A stretch of 64,000 nucleotides of DNA from an uncultured Gammaproteobacteria bacterium (GTDB taxonomy: Bacteria; Patescibacteriota; Patescibacteriia; Magasanikbacterales; GCA-002688135): positions 69,944-133,943 of the forward strand of contig CAZHVT010000001.1 in the NCBI GenBank assembly GCA_964536205.1. The letters are read 5' to 3'. Every line of letters starts with the position of its first letter. The stretch's first letter is position 1. The notes beneath the pieces were generated by a model that was not told the origin of the DNA, made no database searches, and was given only the letters and a program-made list of their open reading frames with translations. The position numbers and the translations under genes were made by a program. Shown here one piece after another: positions 9,078 through 18,915 of this stretch.

Positions 9078-10790
9078 ATGGCATTTGGATTTGGAAAAAA
9101 GAAAGATGAGCCGATGATGACGGATTTAGAGGCTCAACAAAAAGCACTGGAGGAGAAGCGTAAATCTTTGGAAAAAAAAGCTGAATATAAAACTCCTGAG
9201 GAGCAGAGTTTGGGAAATCGGATGTTGAATGCAGTTATGATAAATCGTGGTTGGCGACAAGAGGTAAAACGGCAGGCTGCTGAAGATGAGCTGGATAAAG
9301 TTTCTAAGCAAGAGTCGCTTTTAAAGAAAAAACAGATGCGTAATGAGTTGTTTGAGGATTTGATTGAATTGGGTGGTCAGGCGAATGCAGGGGTTGAAGA
9401 AGCAAATCAGGAATTTCAAAATATTGTTGATAGTATTTCGACGCGGAATGAGGTTGAGGTTGATCAGGAGGCTGTAGCTGCTGCGCAACAGGAGGCAACT
9501 GAAGCATCTGCGGCTGCCACAGAGCAATTGGAAGCAGATTTACATGAGATTTTGGGGGATGAGGTTGAGAGTTATAAAGTTGATGTGATTGATGATGAAC
9601 CTGCGGATACGTATGAAGTTGATATGGAAGGCGAGGTTGGTGATTACACCCCAGAAGCTATTGCAGAGAAAACGGTTGAGGGTTTGAAGAATGCACATTC
9701 AATTAATGCGGTTATGGATGTCATTCGTAAGTATGATGGTATTACGAATGAGGCTGGCAAATATTATTCTGTTGCTGATGTTCAGGAAGCAATAGATAAA
9801 GCAAAAGACAATCCTTCTTTGGGGGATGGTCGATTTATTGATATTACGAGGGCTCATGGATTGCGTGAGAGAGTGAAGGCTGTGATTGATAATCCTGAAT
9901 CGCTTGAAGTTGATATGGGTGATGATGAGGCTGCTCCAGATTCTTTGGATATTGATATGGGTGAGGATGATGAAGTTGAGGCACCTGTGTTGTCCGCTGA
10001 TGAGGCGGCGTTGGCAGAAATTACTGCTGCTGCAGAAGAGGCATTTCCTGATGTGTCTGAAGAAGAAGATGCATTAGCATCGATTGCTGCGACTGCAGAG
10101 GCTGTATTTGGGGATGATGAGGTTGCGTCGGAAAAATCTCCTGAATCTTCTCTTGAAAAGAAAGACCATAAAGATGATTATTTATTATTTGATCGTGCGA
10201 GTGGATTGGTAGCAGTTGGGGAAGTTCCTCCGACAAGTATTAAGATTCCTGGGTGGCGTGCGAAAGTTGATTTTTCTGATAATAAGTCGTTGCGTAGTGC
10301 ACAAGATAATCAAGTGTTTGGAGATTTGGTTATTGATGAGTGGATGGAGACAAGAAAAAGTATAGCGAAAGAACAAGGTATTGATTTGGCTGATGCAAAA
10401 GTTGCGATTGGGGATCGAGCGGCTATGATGGAGCGTGTGAAAAATCGATTTTCAGAAGCGAAGTTGAAGTATCTTAATCGTGAGCGTCCAGAGCCTCAAC
10501 CTGAAGTTGTTGAGTTGGATAGTGAGTTGTTACAAGAATTACCTCCACCAGTTCCAGAATCTGCAAAAGCAATTGAATTGGATAGTGAGTTGCTGCAAGA
10601 ATTACCTCCGCCAGTTCCAGAATCAGTGCAAAATAAGCCTGCAGCTGAAGAAGAAACTGAAGTTGATTTGTTGCGTGAGCCTTCAGTTTCTATTGATCAG
10701 GCATCTTATGAGGTTGATGATGGTTCTGACGAGGAAGAGCCTCCAAAACCTCAAACTGGCGAAAAAGGGTCAACTGAACAAGCTGCATAG
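9078..10790 (+). CDS. Acidic low-complexity hypothetical protein
   Basis: 570 aa; tandem ELDSELLQELPPPVPES x2, SL(E/D)(V/I)DMG x2. Confidence 0.8.
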   Translation: MAFGFGKKKDEPMMTDLEAQQKALEEKRKSLEKKAEYKTPEEQSLGNRMLNAVMINRGWRQEVKRQAAEDELDKVSKQESLLKKKQMRNELFEDLIELGGQANAGVEEANQEFQNIVDSISTRNEVEVDQEAVAAAQQEATEASAAATEQLEADLHEILGDEVESYKVDVIDDEPADTYEVDMEGEVGDYTPEAIAEKTVEGLKNAHSINAVMDVIRKYDGITNEAGKYYSVADVQEAIDKAKDNPSLGDGRFIDITRAHGLRERVKAVIDNPESLEVDMGDDEAAPDSLDIDMGEDDEVEAPVLSADEAALAEITAAAEEAFPDVSEEEDALASIAATAEAVFGDDEVASEKSPESSLEKKDHKDDYLLFDRASGLVAVGEVPPTSIKIPGWRAKVDFSDNKSLRSAQDNQVFGDLVIDEWMETRKSIAKEQGIDLADAKVAIGDRAAMMERVKNRFSEAKLKYLNRERPEPQPEVVELDSELLQELPPPVPESAKAIELDSELLQELPPPVPESVQNKPAAEEETEVDLLREPSVSIDQASYEVDDGSDEEEPPKPQTGEKGSTEQAA

Positions 10791-10852
10791 TAATAACTTG
10801 CGTTATTTATTGAGGTGTGATAGATTATGCCGCGTAATAGATAGCGTAAATT

Positions 10853-11395
10853 ATGAAGCAATACGAATACTTTTGCGTGGTTTCGCAAAGTTTAACAGAA
10901 GATGAAGCGACGACCTTGCTTGGGACTATCAAGCAGGCGCTTTTAGATGTTGGAGCAGAAAATGTAGCTGACCAAAATATGGGAAAGCAGCGTTTGGCGT
11001 ATCCATTTCCTGGTAAACAGGCTCATGGAACATTTGCTTTGATCGAATTTGATATTGATCCTGAAAAGGTTGCGGAATTTAAAGAGAAGATTCGTTTTGT
11101 GAAAGGTATTGCGCGATCTGTTGTGCGAGTGCGTGCTCCAAAGAAAGAGGTGAAGGAGCGCACAGGTACTGCATCAACATTTGTTCCAGTTGCTACTTCA
11201 GAAGTTACAAAGGCTATTGAGAAAGATCGTGAAACAGTTGTTGCTCCGGATATTGCGATTCGAACTGCAACTTCGGATGCACCCACAGCTCCGGTTGCAG
11301 AAGTTAAGGAAGAGAAGAAGCAGTTGACGCAGGAAGAACTTGATAAGCGAATTGATGAGTTACTTAATGAGGAAGTTACTCCAGAAAATCTTTAA
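10853..11395 (+). CDS. rpsF: 30S ribosomal protein S6 with C-terminal extension
   Basis: MKQYE..MGKQRLAYP; lies in the rpsF-ssb-rpsR cluster. Confidence 0.9.
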   Translation: MKQYEYFCVVSQSLTEDEATTLLGTIKQALLDVGAENVADQNMGKQRLAYPFPGKQAHGTFALIEFDIDPEKVAEFKEKIRFVKGIARSVVRVRAPKKEVKERTGTASTFVPVATSEVTKAIEKDRETVVAPDIAIRTATSDAPTAPVAEVKEEKKQLTQEELDKRIDELLNEEVTPENL

Positions 11396-11471
11396 AAGCG
11401 TTTAGCTTTTAGCGTTTAGCGATTAGTTTCATTTTTAAACGCTAAACGCTATACGCTAAAACCTAGTTTCT
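11396..11471. repeat. Heptamer-built inverted repeat, family A (TAGCGTT ... AACGCTA)
   Basis: Fills the rpsF-ssb gap; near copies at 12018-12092, 13405-13478 and 44428-44495, half copy at 54336-54370. Confidence 0.85.
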
Positions 11472-12020
11472 ATGGCTTATTGCTTGAACAAAGCGCAGGT
11501 GATCGGGAATTTGACTCGAGATCCGGAAATGCGTCAATTGCCTTCGGGGCAATCTGTAGCGAATTTTGCAGTTGCTACGAATCGGTCGTTTACTGATAAA
11601 GAAGGTAATAAGCGTGATGATGTTGAATTTCATAATATAGTTGTGTGGGGGAAATTGGCAGAGATTTGTAATCAGTATTTGAATAAAGGTAAGAAGGTGT
11701 ATATTGATGGACGTTTGCAGACGCGCACATGGGATGGTCAGGATGGTGTGAGTCGTTCACGAACGGAGATTATTGCAGAGAATTTGATTATGTTGGATCG
11801 CGCTGGGCAGTCGTCTGGAAATTATCAGCAGAATCAGAATCAAGGAAATTATTCACAAAACAATCAATCACAAAATTTTCAATCTAAACCAGCAGCGCCG
11901 CGAGCTGAAGAGCAGCTTCCAACCATCTCATTGGATGACCCTGAACCACAAGGGTATCAGGGCAAGGGAGAGCCAGCGCCGCAGGGAGATAAAATCAGAA
12001 TCGAAGATATACCTTTTTAG
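11472..12020 (+). CDS. ssb: Single-stranded DNA-binding protein
   Basis: LNKAQVIGNLTRDPE OB fold; C-terminal EDIPF. Confidence 0.97.
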   Translation: MAYCLNKAQVIGNLTRDPEMRQLPSGQSVANFAVATNRSFTDKEGNKRDDVEFHNIVVWGKLAEICNQYLNKGKKVYIDGRLQTRTWDGQDGVSRSRTEIIAENLIMLDRAGQSSGNYQQNQNQGNYSQNNQSQNFQSKPAAPRAEEQLPTISLDDPEPQGYQGKGEPAPQGDKIRIEDIPF

Positions 12021-12092
12021 CTTTTAGCGGTTAGCGATCAGCGATTAGTTTCATTTCTAAACGCTTAACGCTATACGCTAATCCCTAATTCT
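12018..12092. repeat. Family A heptamer hairpin (ssb-rpsR gap)
   Basis: TAGCTTTTAGCGGTTAGCGATCAGCGATTAG...CTAAACGCTTAACGCTATACGCTA. Confidence 0.85.
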
Positions 12093-12308
12093 ATGGCATT
12101 AAAGAAAACCAAAATTTGTCACTTCTGTGTCAATCAAAAAGATATCGACTATAAAGATGCTGCAACATTGCAGAAGTTTTTGACGCCTTATAAATCTATT
12201 GTAGCGAAGAAGCGAACGGGGAATTGTGCGTTGCATCAGAGAAAAGTTACGAAAGCTATTAAGCAAGCACGAATTATGGGCTTGTTGCCTTTTGTTGGAG
12301 GACGGTAG
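12093..12308 (+). CDS. rpsR: 30S ribosomal protein S18 (Zn-ligand form)
   Basis: CHFC..IDYKD..RTGNCALHQR..AIKQARIMGLLPF. Confidence 0.96.
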   Translation: MALKKTKICHFCVNQKDIDYKDAATLQKFLTPYKSIVAKKRTGNCALHQRKVTKAIKQARIMGLLPFVGGR

Positions 12309-12312
12309 TACA

Positions 12313-12435
12313 GAATGACCAATTTTCAAATTACAAATAACAAACAAAATTCAAAATTCAAAAAAGCGCGATGTTTGAAGTTTGGAAATTGAAGTTTGGG
12401 ATTTGTTTGCAAATTGTTATTTGGTACTTGTGATT
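12313..12435. repeat. Heptamer-built inverted repeat, family C (AAATTAC/AAATAAC ... TTTGGAA)
   Basis: Relatives at 21389-21515 and 28415-28540. Confidence 0.75.
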
Positions 12436-12449
12436 TTCATCCGTATGTT

Positions 12450-13412
12450 ATGACCTGGAAGAGGCTAGAAAATAATGATCTAAAAGAAAATTTGAAGAAA
12501 CGTGCCCAATATGTCCGGATGATTCGGGCTTTTTTTGATTCTGATGGATTTGTTGAAGTGATGACACCGCGGATGGTGAGGTTGGCTGGGCAGGAGCCAT
12601 ATTTAGATCCGTTTGTGACGAGTGTTACTGATGCGCAAAATAATTCGTATCAAGCTCGTTTGATTACATCTCCTGAATATTCGTGTAAGAAATTATTGGC
12701 GTCTGGTTTTGAGAAGATTTATGATATGGGGCCGTGTTTTCGCAATCATGAATCTTTTGGGGGTTTGCATAATCCGGAATTTACGATGTTGGAGTGGTAT
12801 CGAGCTGATGCGGATTACACTGATTTGATGGATGATGTTGATGCATTGTTGTCGAAATTGAAGGGTGAGAGGGTTGCGTGTGAGAGAGTTTCGATGAGAG
12901 AGTTATGGAAGAAATATTGTGGTATTGATTTGCATGATTTGCTCGATCGTAAATCTTTGGTAAGATTTGTGAACAATGCACAGCCGGATGATCGATATGA
13001 GGATTTATTTTACAGAGTTTTTTTGAAAGATATTGAGCCGAAGTTGATTGCACCGACGTTGGTGTATGATTATCCTGCGCAGATGGCGGCATTGGCGAAG
13101 TTGAAGGATGAGCATTATGCAGAACGTGTTGAGTTATATATTGATGGGATTGAAATTGCAAATGGTTTTTCTGAGTTGATTGATGGGGATGAGCAGAAAA
13201 AGCGATTGGAGGAAGAGCAGGAATTGCGAGGAGTATTAGGGAGAGATGTGTTTGATATTGATAATGATTTTCTTGATGCATTGTCATCGATGAAACCTTC
13301 TGCTGGGATTGCGCTTGGAGTTGATCGATTGGTAATGTGGTTATTGGGAACAAAAAAAATTGAGGATGTTTTGGCTTTTCCTGCTGGTTCATTATTTGGA
13401 GAGAGCGTTTAG
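12450..13412 (+). CDS. epmA: EF-P lysine aminoacylase (EpmA/GenX)
   Basis: LITSPE..CKKLLA, FRN.E, HNPEFTMLEWY, EIANGFSEL, GIALGVDRL; LysRS catalytic domain only; adjacent to efp. Confidence 0.9.
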   Translation: MTWKRLENNDLKENLKKRAQYVRMIRAFFDSDGFVEVMTPRMVRLAGQEPYLDPFVTSVTDAQNNSYQARLITSPEYSCKKLLASGFEKIYDMGPCFRNHESFGGLHNPEFTMLEWYRADADYTDLMDDVDALLSKLKGERVACERVSMRELWKKYCGIDLHDLLDRKSLVRFVNNAQPDDRYEDLFYRVFLKDIEPKLIAPTLVYDYPAQMAALAKLKDEHYAERVELYIDGIEIANGFSELIDGDEQKKRLEEEQELRGVLGRDVFDIDNDFLDALSSMKPSAGIALGVDRLVMWLLGTKKIEDVLAFPAGSLFGESV

Positions 13413-13478
13413 CTTTTAGCGTTTAGCGATTAGTTTCATTTCTAAGCGCTAAATGCTATACGCTAATCCCTAGTTTCT
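13405..13478. repeat. Family A heptamer hairpin (epmA-efp gap)
   Basis: Near copy of 11396-11471, ending CCTAGTTTCT just before ATG. Confidence 0.85.
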
Positions 13479-14042
13479 ATGGCAAAAATTGCAGATATTA
13501 GTAATGGACGTGTGTTGGATTATCGCGGAGGGTTGTATGAAGTTGTGGAATTTCAGAGTATTAGTCCTGGGAAAGGATCGGCGTTTTGTCGAACGCGCAT
13601 GAAACATTTGGAAACTGGGAAAGTTTTGGAGGTGAATTTTAAGGATAATGATGATTTTGAGGTGAAGAGTGTGCAACGAAAGAATATGCAATATTTGTAT
13701 AATGATGGTTCTGGCTTGGCGTTTATGGATAATACAACATATGAACAAGTGAGTGTTCCGGCGGCAGCTGTGGGGAATGCAGTGAAATTTTTACATGAAG
13801 GTCAGGAGGTTGTGGTGGTGATGGATGGAGAACGAGCGTTATCTGTTTCATTGCCAAAGAAAATTCGAATGAAGGTTGTGAAGGCTCCGGATGCAGTGAA
13901 GGGGGATTCTTCTGGGGGGAATGTGACGAAGGATGTGACGTTAGAAAATGGTACGATTGTGAAAGCGCCTTTGTTTATTAAGGAAGGGGAAATGATTGTT
14001 GTTTCTACAGAATCTGGTGATTACGTTGAGAGGGCGAAATAG
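13479..14042 (+). CDS. efp: Elongation factor P
   Basis: SPGKGSAF loop, QYLY, KGDSS, PLFIKEGE, YVERA. Confidence 0.96.
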   Translation: MAKIADISNGRVLDYRGGLYEVVEFQSISPGKGSAFCRTRMKHLETGKVLEVNFKDNDDFEVKSVQRKNMQYLYNDGSGLAFMDNTTYEQVSVPAAAVGNAVKFLHEGQEVVVVMDGERALSVSLPKKIRMKVVKAPDAVKGDSSGGNVTKDVTLENGTIVKAPLFIKEGEMIVVSTESGDYVERAK

Positions 14043-14118
14043 TTTTGAGTTAGCAGTTTTGAGTTTTGGGAGAAAGCGTTTCGGCGCTTTTTTTTATCGT
14101 GTAAAATTGCTAAAATGA

Positions 14119-16710
14119 ATGTCTATGAAAGAGTTGGAATGGCATCATGCGTCGATGAGGAAAGTTTTTGATGCAGTGGGGTCTGATAAAAAGGGGTTAA
14201 CAAAATCGCAGGCGAAAAAAAGATTTGCTCATGATGGTGCAAATGCTTTGCCTGAACCGAAACGTCCTTCGGGATGGTCTATTTTTTTCTCGCAGTTTAA
14301 GGGTTCGTTGACGTTGTTGTTGGTTGCGGCTGGTGTGGTTGCGTATCTGTTGGGGGAGGAATCTGACGCAATTATTATTGGATTGACGGTTTTGATTACC
14401 GTCATTTTTGGATTTGTGCAGGAGTATCGTGCGGAGCAAGCGTTTCGATTATTGAAATCTTTGTTGGCGCCGACAGCTCGTGTGATGCGTGGAGGTAGTG
14501 AAACGCAAGTTCCTTTGGGAGAGGTTGTGGTTGGTGATGTTGTGGTATTGCAAGCTGGTGATAGAGTTCCTGCGGATGCACGATTATTTGAAGTGAATAA
14601 TTTTGAAGTTGTTGAAGCGGAATTGACTGGGGAATCGGTTCCATCAAAAAAATATGTGAAAGTTGTTGATGTTGGCGCAGGGTTACCGGATCGGACGAAC
14701 ATGTGTTTTCAAGGTACAGTGATTGCATCTGGCGAGGCTTTGGGAGTTGTGGTTGCAACAGGAATGGATACAGAATTTGCGAAGATTGCGACGAAGCTTG
14801 GAGAGATTGAGGATCCTGTTACGCCGTTGCAGAAGAATTTGAAGCAGTTTGTGAGATGGTTGACTGGGGTGATTTTGATCATGATTTCTGTTTTGTTTGC
14901 TGTTTCGATGGTGAAGGGTGTTGGATTGGTGTTGTCGTTGGAAACAGCGATTGCGGTTGCTGTTGCGTCTATTCCTGAAGGTTTAGTGATTAGTGTTACA
15001 TCAATGTTGGCGTTGGGAGCGCGGCAAATGTTGAAGGATCAGGTTTTGATTCGAAATTTGTTAGCTGTTGAGACTCTTGGTGCAGTGACAGTTATTTGTA
15101 CAGATAAAACCGGAACCCTTACACAAGGTGCGATGGTGATGACGGAAATTTTATCAGCGAAGTCTGATGAGAGTTTATTGCGTGGTTTGTATTTTGGATC
15201 GGGAATTCGTATTGAGAATGCATCTGCAAAACCAGAAAAATGGAATTTGTTTGGTACGCCGACAGAACAAGCATTGTTTTCTTATGCAGCACAACATGGG
15301 ATGGCGAAGCATGAGACTGACCGAGTGAAAAAACGATTAGACATGATTCCATTTGATTCGCAGTATAAATATCGTGCGACATTGTATAAGCATGACGGGA
15401 AGCATGTCGCGTATGTGGTTGGTGCGCCAGAACAATTATTGGCACATTCGACATTATCCGCAGCGGAAAAGAAAAAATGGAAAAAGGAGATTTCATCACG
15501 TTCTGATTCTGGGATGCGTGTGATTGGTGCGGCTCGATTTTTTGTAGATAAGAAATGTAATTGTTTTGATGATGACGCGGTCGAAGTTTTGGATCATGAA
15601 TTGGAATTTTTGGGATTGGGTGTGATTGCTGATCCGTTGCGAGAGAGTGTTGTTGATTCGATTGCTCAAGCGAAAGAAGCTGGTGTGCATGTGATTATGA
15701 TTACCGGAGATAATCCCAAGACGGCTTTGGCGATTGCGCAGCGCGCGGGGATTGCGCATGAAAGTTCCGAGGTGATTGATGGTGCGATGCTGATGAAAAT
15801 GTCGGATGCGGATTTGCGCAAGAAGATTGAAAAAGTGTGTGTGTTTGCGCGGATTTCGCCGTTGGATAAATTGCGGATTGTTGAGGCATTACAGAAAAAG
15901 AAAGAAGTTATTGCGATGACTGGCGATGGTATTAATGATACTGCAGCTCTGAAGAAGGCGGAGATTGGTGTGGCTGTGGGAACTGCGCACGATATCGCGA
16001 AGCAGTCTGCAGATATGGTGTTGTTGGATAATAATTTTAATTCGATTGTTCGGGCGATTCGTGGCGGAAGGCGGATTTTTGCGAATGTGCAGAAAGTGGT
16101 GACGTTTTTGTTGTATGGGAGTTTTACTGCGGCGGTGGCGATTATTTGTTCGTTGTTGTTTGGGTTGCCGCTCCCCTTTTTGCCGGCGCAGATTTTGTGG
16201 GTGAATATTATTGAGGATGCGTTGCCGGGATTGTCGTATGTGTTTGAGCCGGCCGAACCTGAACAGATGCGGCGTGGGGCGCGGTCTATTGATGCGCCAC
16301 TATTGCCGCCTGTTTCGCGTGCGATTATTTTTGGTGCAGGATTGGTTTCGAGTTTGATGACGTTTGGGGTGTTTTGGTTTGTGTTGTGGTGGTCGCAGGA
16401 TGTGGTGTATGCACGGTCTGTTGCGTTTGTGATTTTGGGTATTGATACATTTTTTACGGCATTTGCTTTGAAGAGTTTGACCAAGCCGGTGTGGCGTATC
16501 AATCCGTTTAATAATATGTTTTTGATTTATAGTTTGCTGTTTTCGTATTCGTTGTATTTTGTTGCGTTGTATGTGCCGTATTTTCAGACGTTGCTTCGAG
16601 TCACGGCATTGGATGGAATTGCGTGGGCGATTATTATTGCTGAAGGATTTTTGAATTTGATGTTGGTTGAGTTTGTGAAAGCGCGGTTTGCTCGACAAAA
16701 GAAGGCTTAA
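14119..16710 (+). CDS. P-type IIA/IIIB-like cation (Ca2+/Mg2+) ATPase
   Basis: LTGES, IPEGL, DKTGTLT, MITGD, TGDGIND motifs. Confidence 0.92.
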   Translation: MSMKELEWHHASMRKVFDAVGSDKKGLTKSQAKKRFAHDGANALPEPKRPSGWSIFFSQFKGSLTLLLVAAGVVAYLLGEESDAIIIGLTVLITVIFGFVQEYRAEQAFRLLKSLLAPTARVMRGGSETQVPLGEVVVGDVVVLQAGDRVPADARLFEVNNFEVVEAELTGESVPSKKYVKVVDVGAGLPDRTNMCFQGTVIASGEALGVVVATGMDTEFAKIATKLGEIEDPVTPLQKNLKQFVRWLTGVILIMISVLFAVSMVKGVGLVLSLETAIAVAVASIPEGLVISVTSMLALGARQMLKDQVLIRNLLAVETLGAVTVICTDKTGTLTQGAMVMTEILSAKSDESLLRGLYFGSGIRIENASAKPEKWNLFGTPTEQALFSYAAQHGMAKHETDRVKKRLDMIPFDSQYKYRATLYKHDGKHVAYVVGAPEQLLAHSTLSAAEKKKWKKEISSRSDSGMRVIGAARFFVDKKCNCFDDDAVEVLDHELEFLGLGVIADPLRESVVDSIAQAKEAGVHVIMITGDNPKTALAIAQRAGIAHESSEVIDGAMLMKMSDADLRKKIEKVCVFARISPLDKLRIVEALQKKKEVIAMTGDGINDTAALKKAEIGVAVGTAHDIAKQSADMVLLDNNFNSIVRAIRGGRRIFANVQKVVTFLLYGSFTAAVAIICSLLFGLPLPFLPAQILWVNIIEDALPGLSYVFEPAEPEQMRRGARSIDAPLLPPVSRAIIFGAGLVSSLMTFGVFWFVLWWSQDVVYARSVAFVILGIDTFFTAFALKSLTKPVWRINPFNNMFLIYSLLFSYSLYFVALYVPYFQTLLRVTALDGIAWAIIIAEGFLNLMLVEFVKARFARQKKA

Positions 16711-16729
16711 TCTTTACAATGACTTTCGT

Positions 16730-17725
16730 ATGATTCAATTGAAGGAAAAAAGATACTTAACTGGTGATCGACCTACAGGGCCTCTGCATTTGGGGCATTA
16801 TGTGGGATCGCTGAAAAATCGTGTTGACTTGCAGAATGATGGCTGTGAGGGTTTTATAATTATTGCAGATTATCAGGTTGTTACTGATCGGTTTGAAACG
16901 GATGATGTTGAGGTAAATATTTATGAATTGGTGAAGGATTATATTTCTGTTGGGATTGATCCCAAGAAGACGCCGATTTTTGTGCAGTCGCAGATTCCAG
17001 AGTTGGCGGAATTGACGATGGTTTTGTCGATGTTGGTGACGGTTCCGCAATTGGAAAGAAATCCGACCGTGAAGGAAGAAGCGAAAGCGATGGGGGTTGC
17101 GAAAAAGATGTCGGCGGGGATGTTTGTATATCCAGTTTCTCAAGCAGCAGATATTTTATTGTTGAAACCAGATTTTGTTCCTGTTGGAGAAGATCAGGCG
17201 CCGCATATCGAATTGACACGTGATGTGGCGAATCGATTTAATAAAACATTTGGTGAGGTATTTCCTATTCCGAAGATTGTATTGTCAGAGAATCCTCGAT
17301 TATTAGGATTAGATGGAAATCAGAAGATGAGTAAATCTCGTGGGAATGCGATCAATCTTTCTGATGATGCGAAAACAGTTGAGAAGAAATTGAAAAAAGC
17401 TGTGACAGATTCGAAAGGGAAAGTTGCATATGATCCAAAAGGCCAGCCAGAAGTTTCGAATCTTTTGACGATGATGGCGATTGCAACAGGGAGATCTGAA
17501 AAGGATTTAGCGAAGGATTTTAAGGGTAAGGGATATGGTGTTTTGAAAGCGGAGGTTGCTGATGCTCTTAATGCATTTCTCGATCCAATTCGTAAAAAGC
17601 GTGCGAAGGTCACAGATGCTGAAGTGAAGAAGATTTTGAAGGATGGGAATAAGAAAGTGCGAGAGATTGCGAAAAAGACAATGGAGGATGTGAGAAAGGC
17701 GATGAAGTTTAAGTATTCTATTTAG
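16730..17725 (+). CDS. trpS: Tryptophan--tRNA ligase
   Basis: TGDRPTGPLHLGHYVG, VPVGEDQ, KMSKS. Confidence 0.96.
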   Translation: MIQLKEKRYLTGDRPTGPLHLGHYVGSLKNRVDLQNDGCEGFIIIADYQVVTDRFETDDVEVNIYELVKDYISVGIDPKKTPIFVQSQIPELAELTMVLSMLVTVPQLERNPTVKEEAKAMGVAKKMSAGMFVYPVSQAADILLLKPDFVPVGEDQAPHIELTRDVANRFNKTFGEVFPIPKIVLSENPRLLGLDGNQKMSKSRGNAINLSDDAKTVEKKLKKAVTDSKGKVAYDPKGQPEVSNLLTMMAIATGRSEKDLAKDFKGKGYGVLKAEVADALNAFLDPIRKKRAKVTDAEVKKILKDGNKKVREIAKKTMEDVRKAMKFKYSI

Positions 17726-17828
17726 GATTGAGGGATGAGTAAAACGGCTTGTGCCGTTTTTTCTATTGACAAAGGTATAGTTTTGTGGTATTGTGGTTTT
17801 AGTTGTTTTCAGAATATAGGAGGTTGTT

Positions 17829-18278
17829 ATGAGTCCATCTACGGGTAATGACAAGTCAGATTCTCATGTTGAGCTTGGTGATCGTCAAGATGAATTGGAA
17901 GTTGTTCCAGGGCCCGTTTTGACGCTAGATTTAGATCTAGATGTTCCTACGGTTGATCAGACTGAATTAGATGCTGCAGAAACCGAAGAGGACTATATTT
18001 ACATCCTTTCTGTGTTTTGGCATTTCCTTGTTCGTTTTCGGTCTCATTCTGACCCGGATGCTGCGGTAGTAGCTCGAGTAAAAACTCATGTTGAATATGT
18101 GTTCACTGTTTGGAAGCAGAGACATGCGGAGTCGTTTCATTGGTGGCACAAGAAAATGAAATTGAAGTTGTTGCTTCGCAAGTCACATTTGTCTGATGAT
18201 GAGGCTGTTGAGCTTGGTCATCTCAAACAAGATGAGGCGCTTCTTGCCGAAGTTAAGGCGGGATGTGTGCGATCGTAG
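17829..18278 (+). CDS. Hypothetical protein (ORFan cassette)
   Basis: TTGACA 17766-17bp-TATTGT, GGAGG SD. Confidence 0.65.
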   Translation: MSPSTGNDKSDSHVELGDRQDELEVVPGPVLTLDLDLDVPTVDQTELDAAETEEDYIYILSVFWHFLVRFRSHSDPDAAVVARVKTHVEYVFTVWKQRHAESFHWWHKKMKLKLLLRKSHLSDDEAVELGHLKQDEALLAEVKAGCVRS

Positions 18279-18402
18279 AAATCATGTGATGATATAAATT
18301 TTTCAGAGTCGACACAAGAACATCTGAGCATATGCTGGGTGTTTTTTATTGACAATTATATATTTTGTTGGTAGGTTTTGTGTATTCGAAATATGGGAGG
18401 TT

Positions 18403-18759
18403 GTGTTGAGTAGAGAATTTTTCTGGTTTTGTTTGTCGTCTGCCCCGCTTGCTGTAGTGTGTTTGTTGGTGCTATGCACTTTTCTCAAAAGTTATGTACA
18501 GAGTACTGCGCCGACGCATTTGTGGTTTGCGTTTGCTTCGATTGGGTTTTCCGTTTGGTGGCTTGGCGTTGTCGGGATGATCTTTGGTGTGATGGAATTT
18601 GAGCGTGGTGTTGCTGATTGGTGGATGTCGTGCGGTTCTGGATTTGGGCTTGTTCTGCTTTCATCTGTGATCATGTTTGAGGCAGGTCGTGAATGGGAGC
18701 GCCATCGTGTTTTTCCGAGTGCTCTTTCTGGGAAATTGGTAATCAGACGACTTCGTTAG
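18403..18759 (+). CDS. Hypothetical membrane protein (ORFan cassette)
   Basis: TTGACA 18349-17bp-TAGGTT, GGGAGG SD; ~3 hydrophobic segments; start at 18403 or 18406. Confidence 0.65.
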   Translation: MLSREFFWFCLSSAPLAVVCLLVLCTFLKSYVQSTAPTHLWFAFASIGFSVWWLGVVGMIFGVMEFERGVADWWMSCGSGFGLVLLSSVIMFEAGREWERHRVFPSALSGKLVIRRLR

Positions 18760-18915
18760 AATCCGCTTACGAGCGGGTTTTTTATTGATCCTTTTTCGCT
18801 AACCTTTCTTCGCCAAAGCTACGAAGGACAGGAGCTGCGAAAGACAAACAAATTGATTGACAAAATAATTAGATGGGAATATGGTGTTGGCATTGTTCAT
18901 TCAAAGGAGAGTGTT

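Noticed and set aside
15666-16502. Long antisense ORFs (also 48618-49379, 12781-13392, 51407-51931 and others)
   Set aside because: These are shadows of well-supported genes on the opposite strand, with no motifs or start signals.
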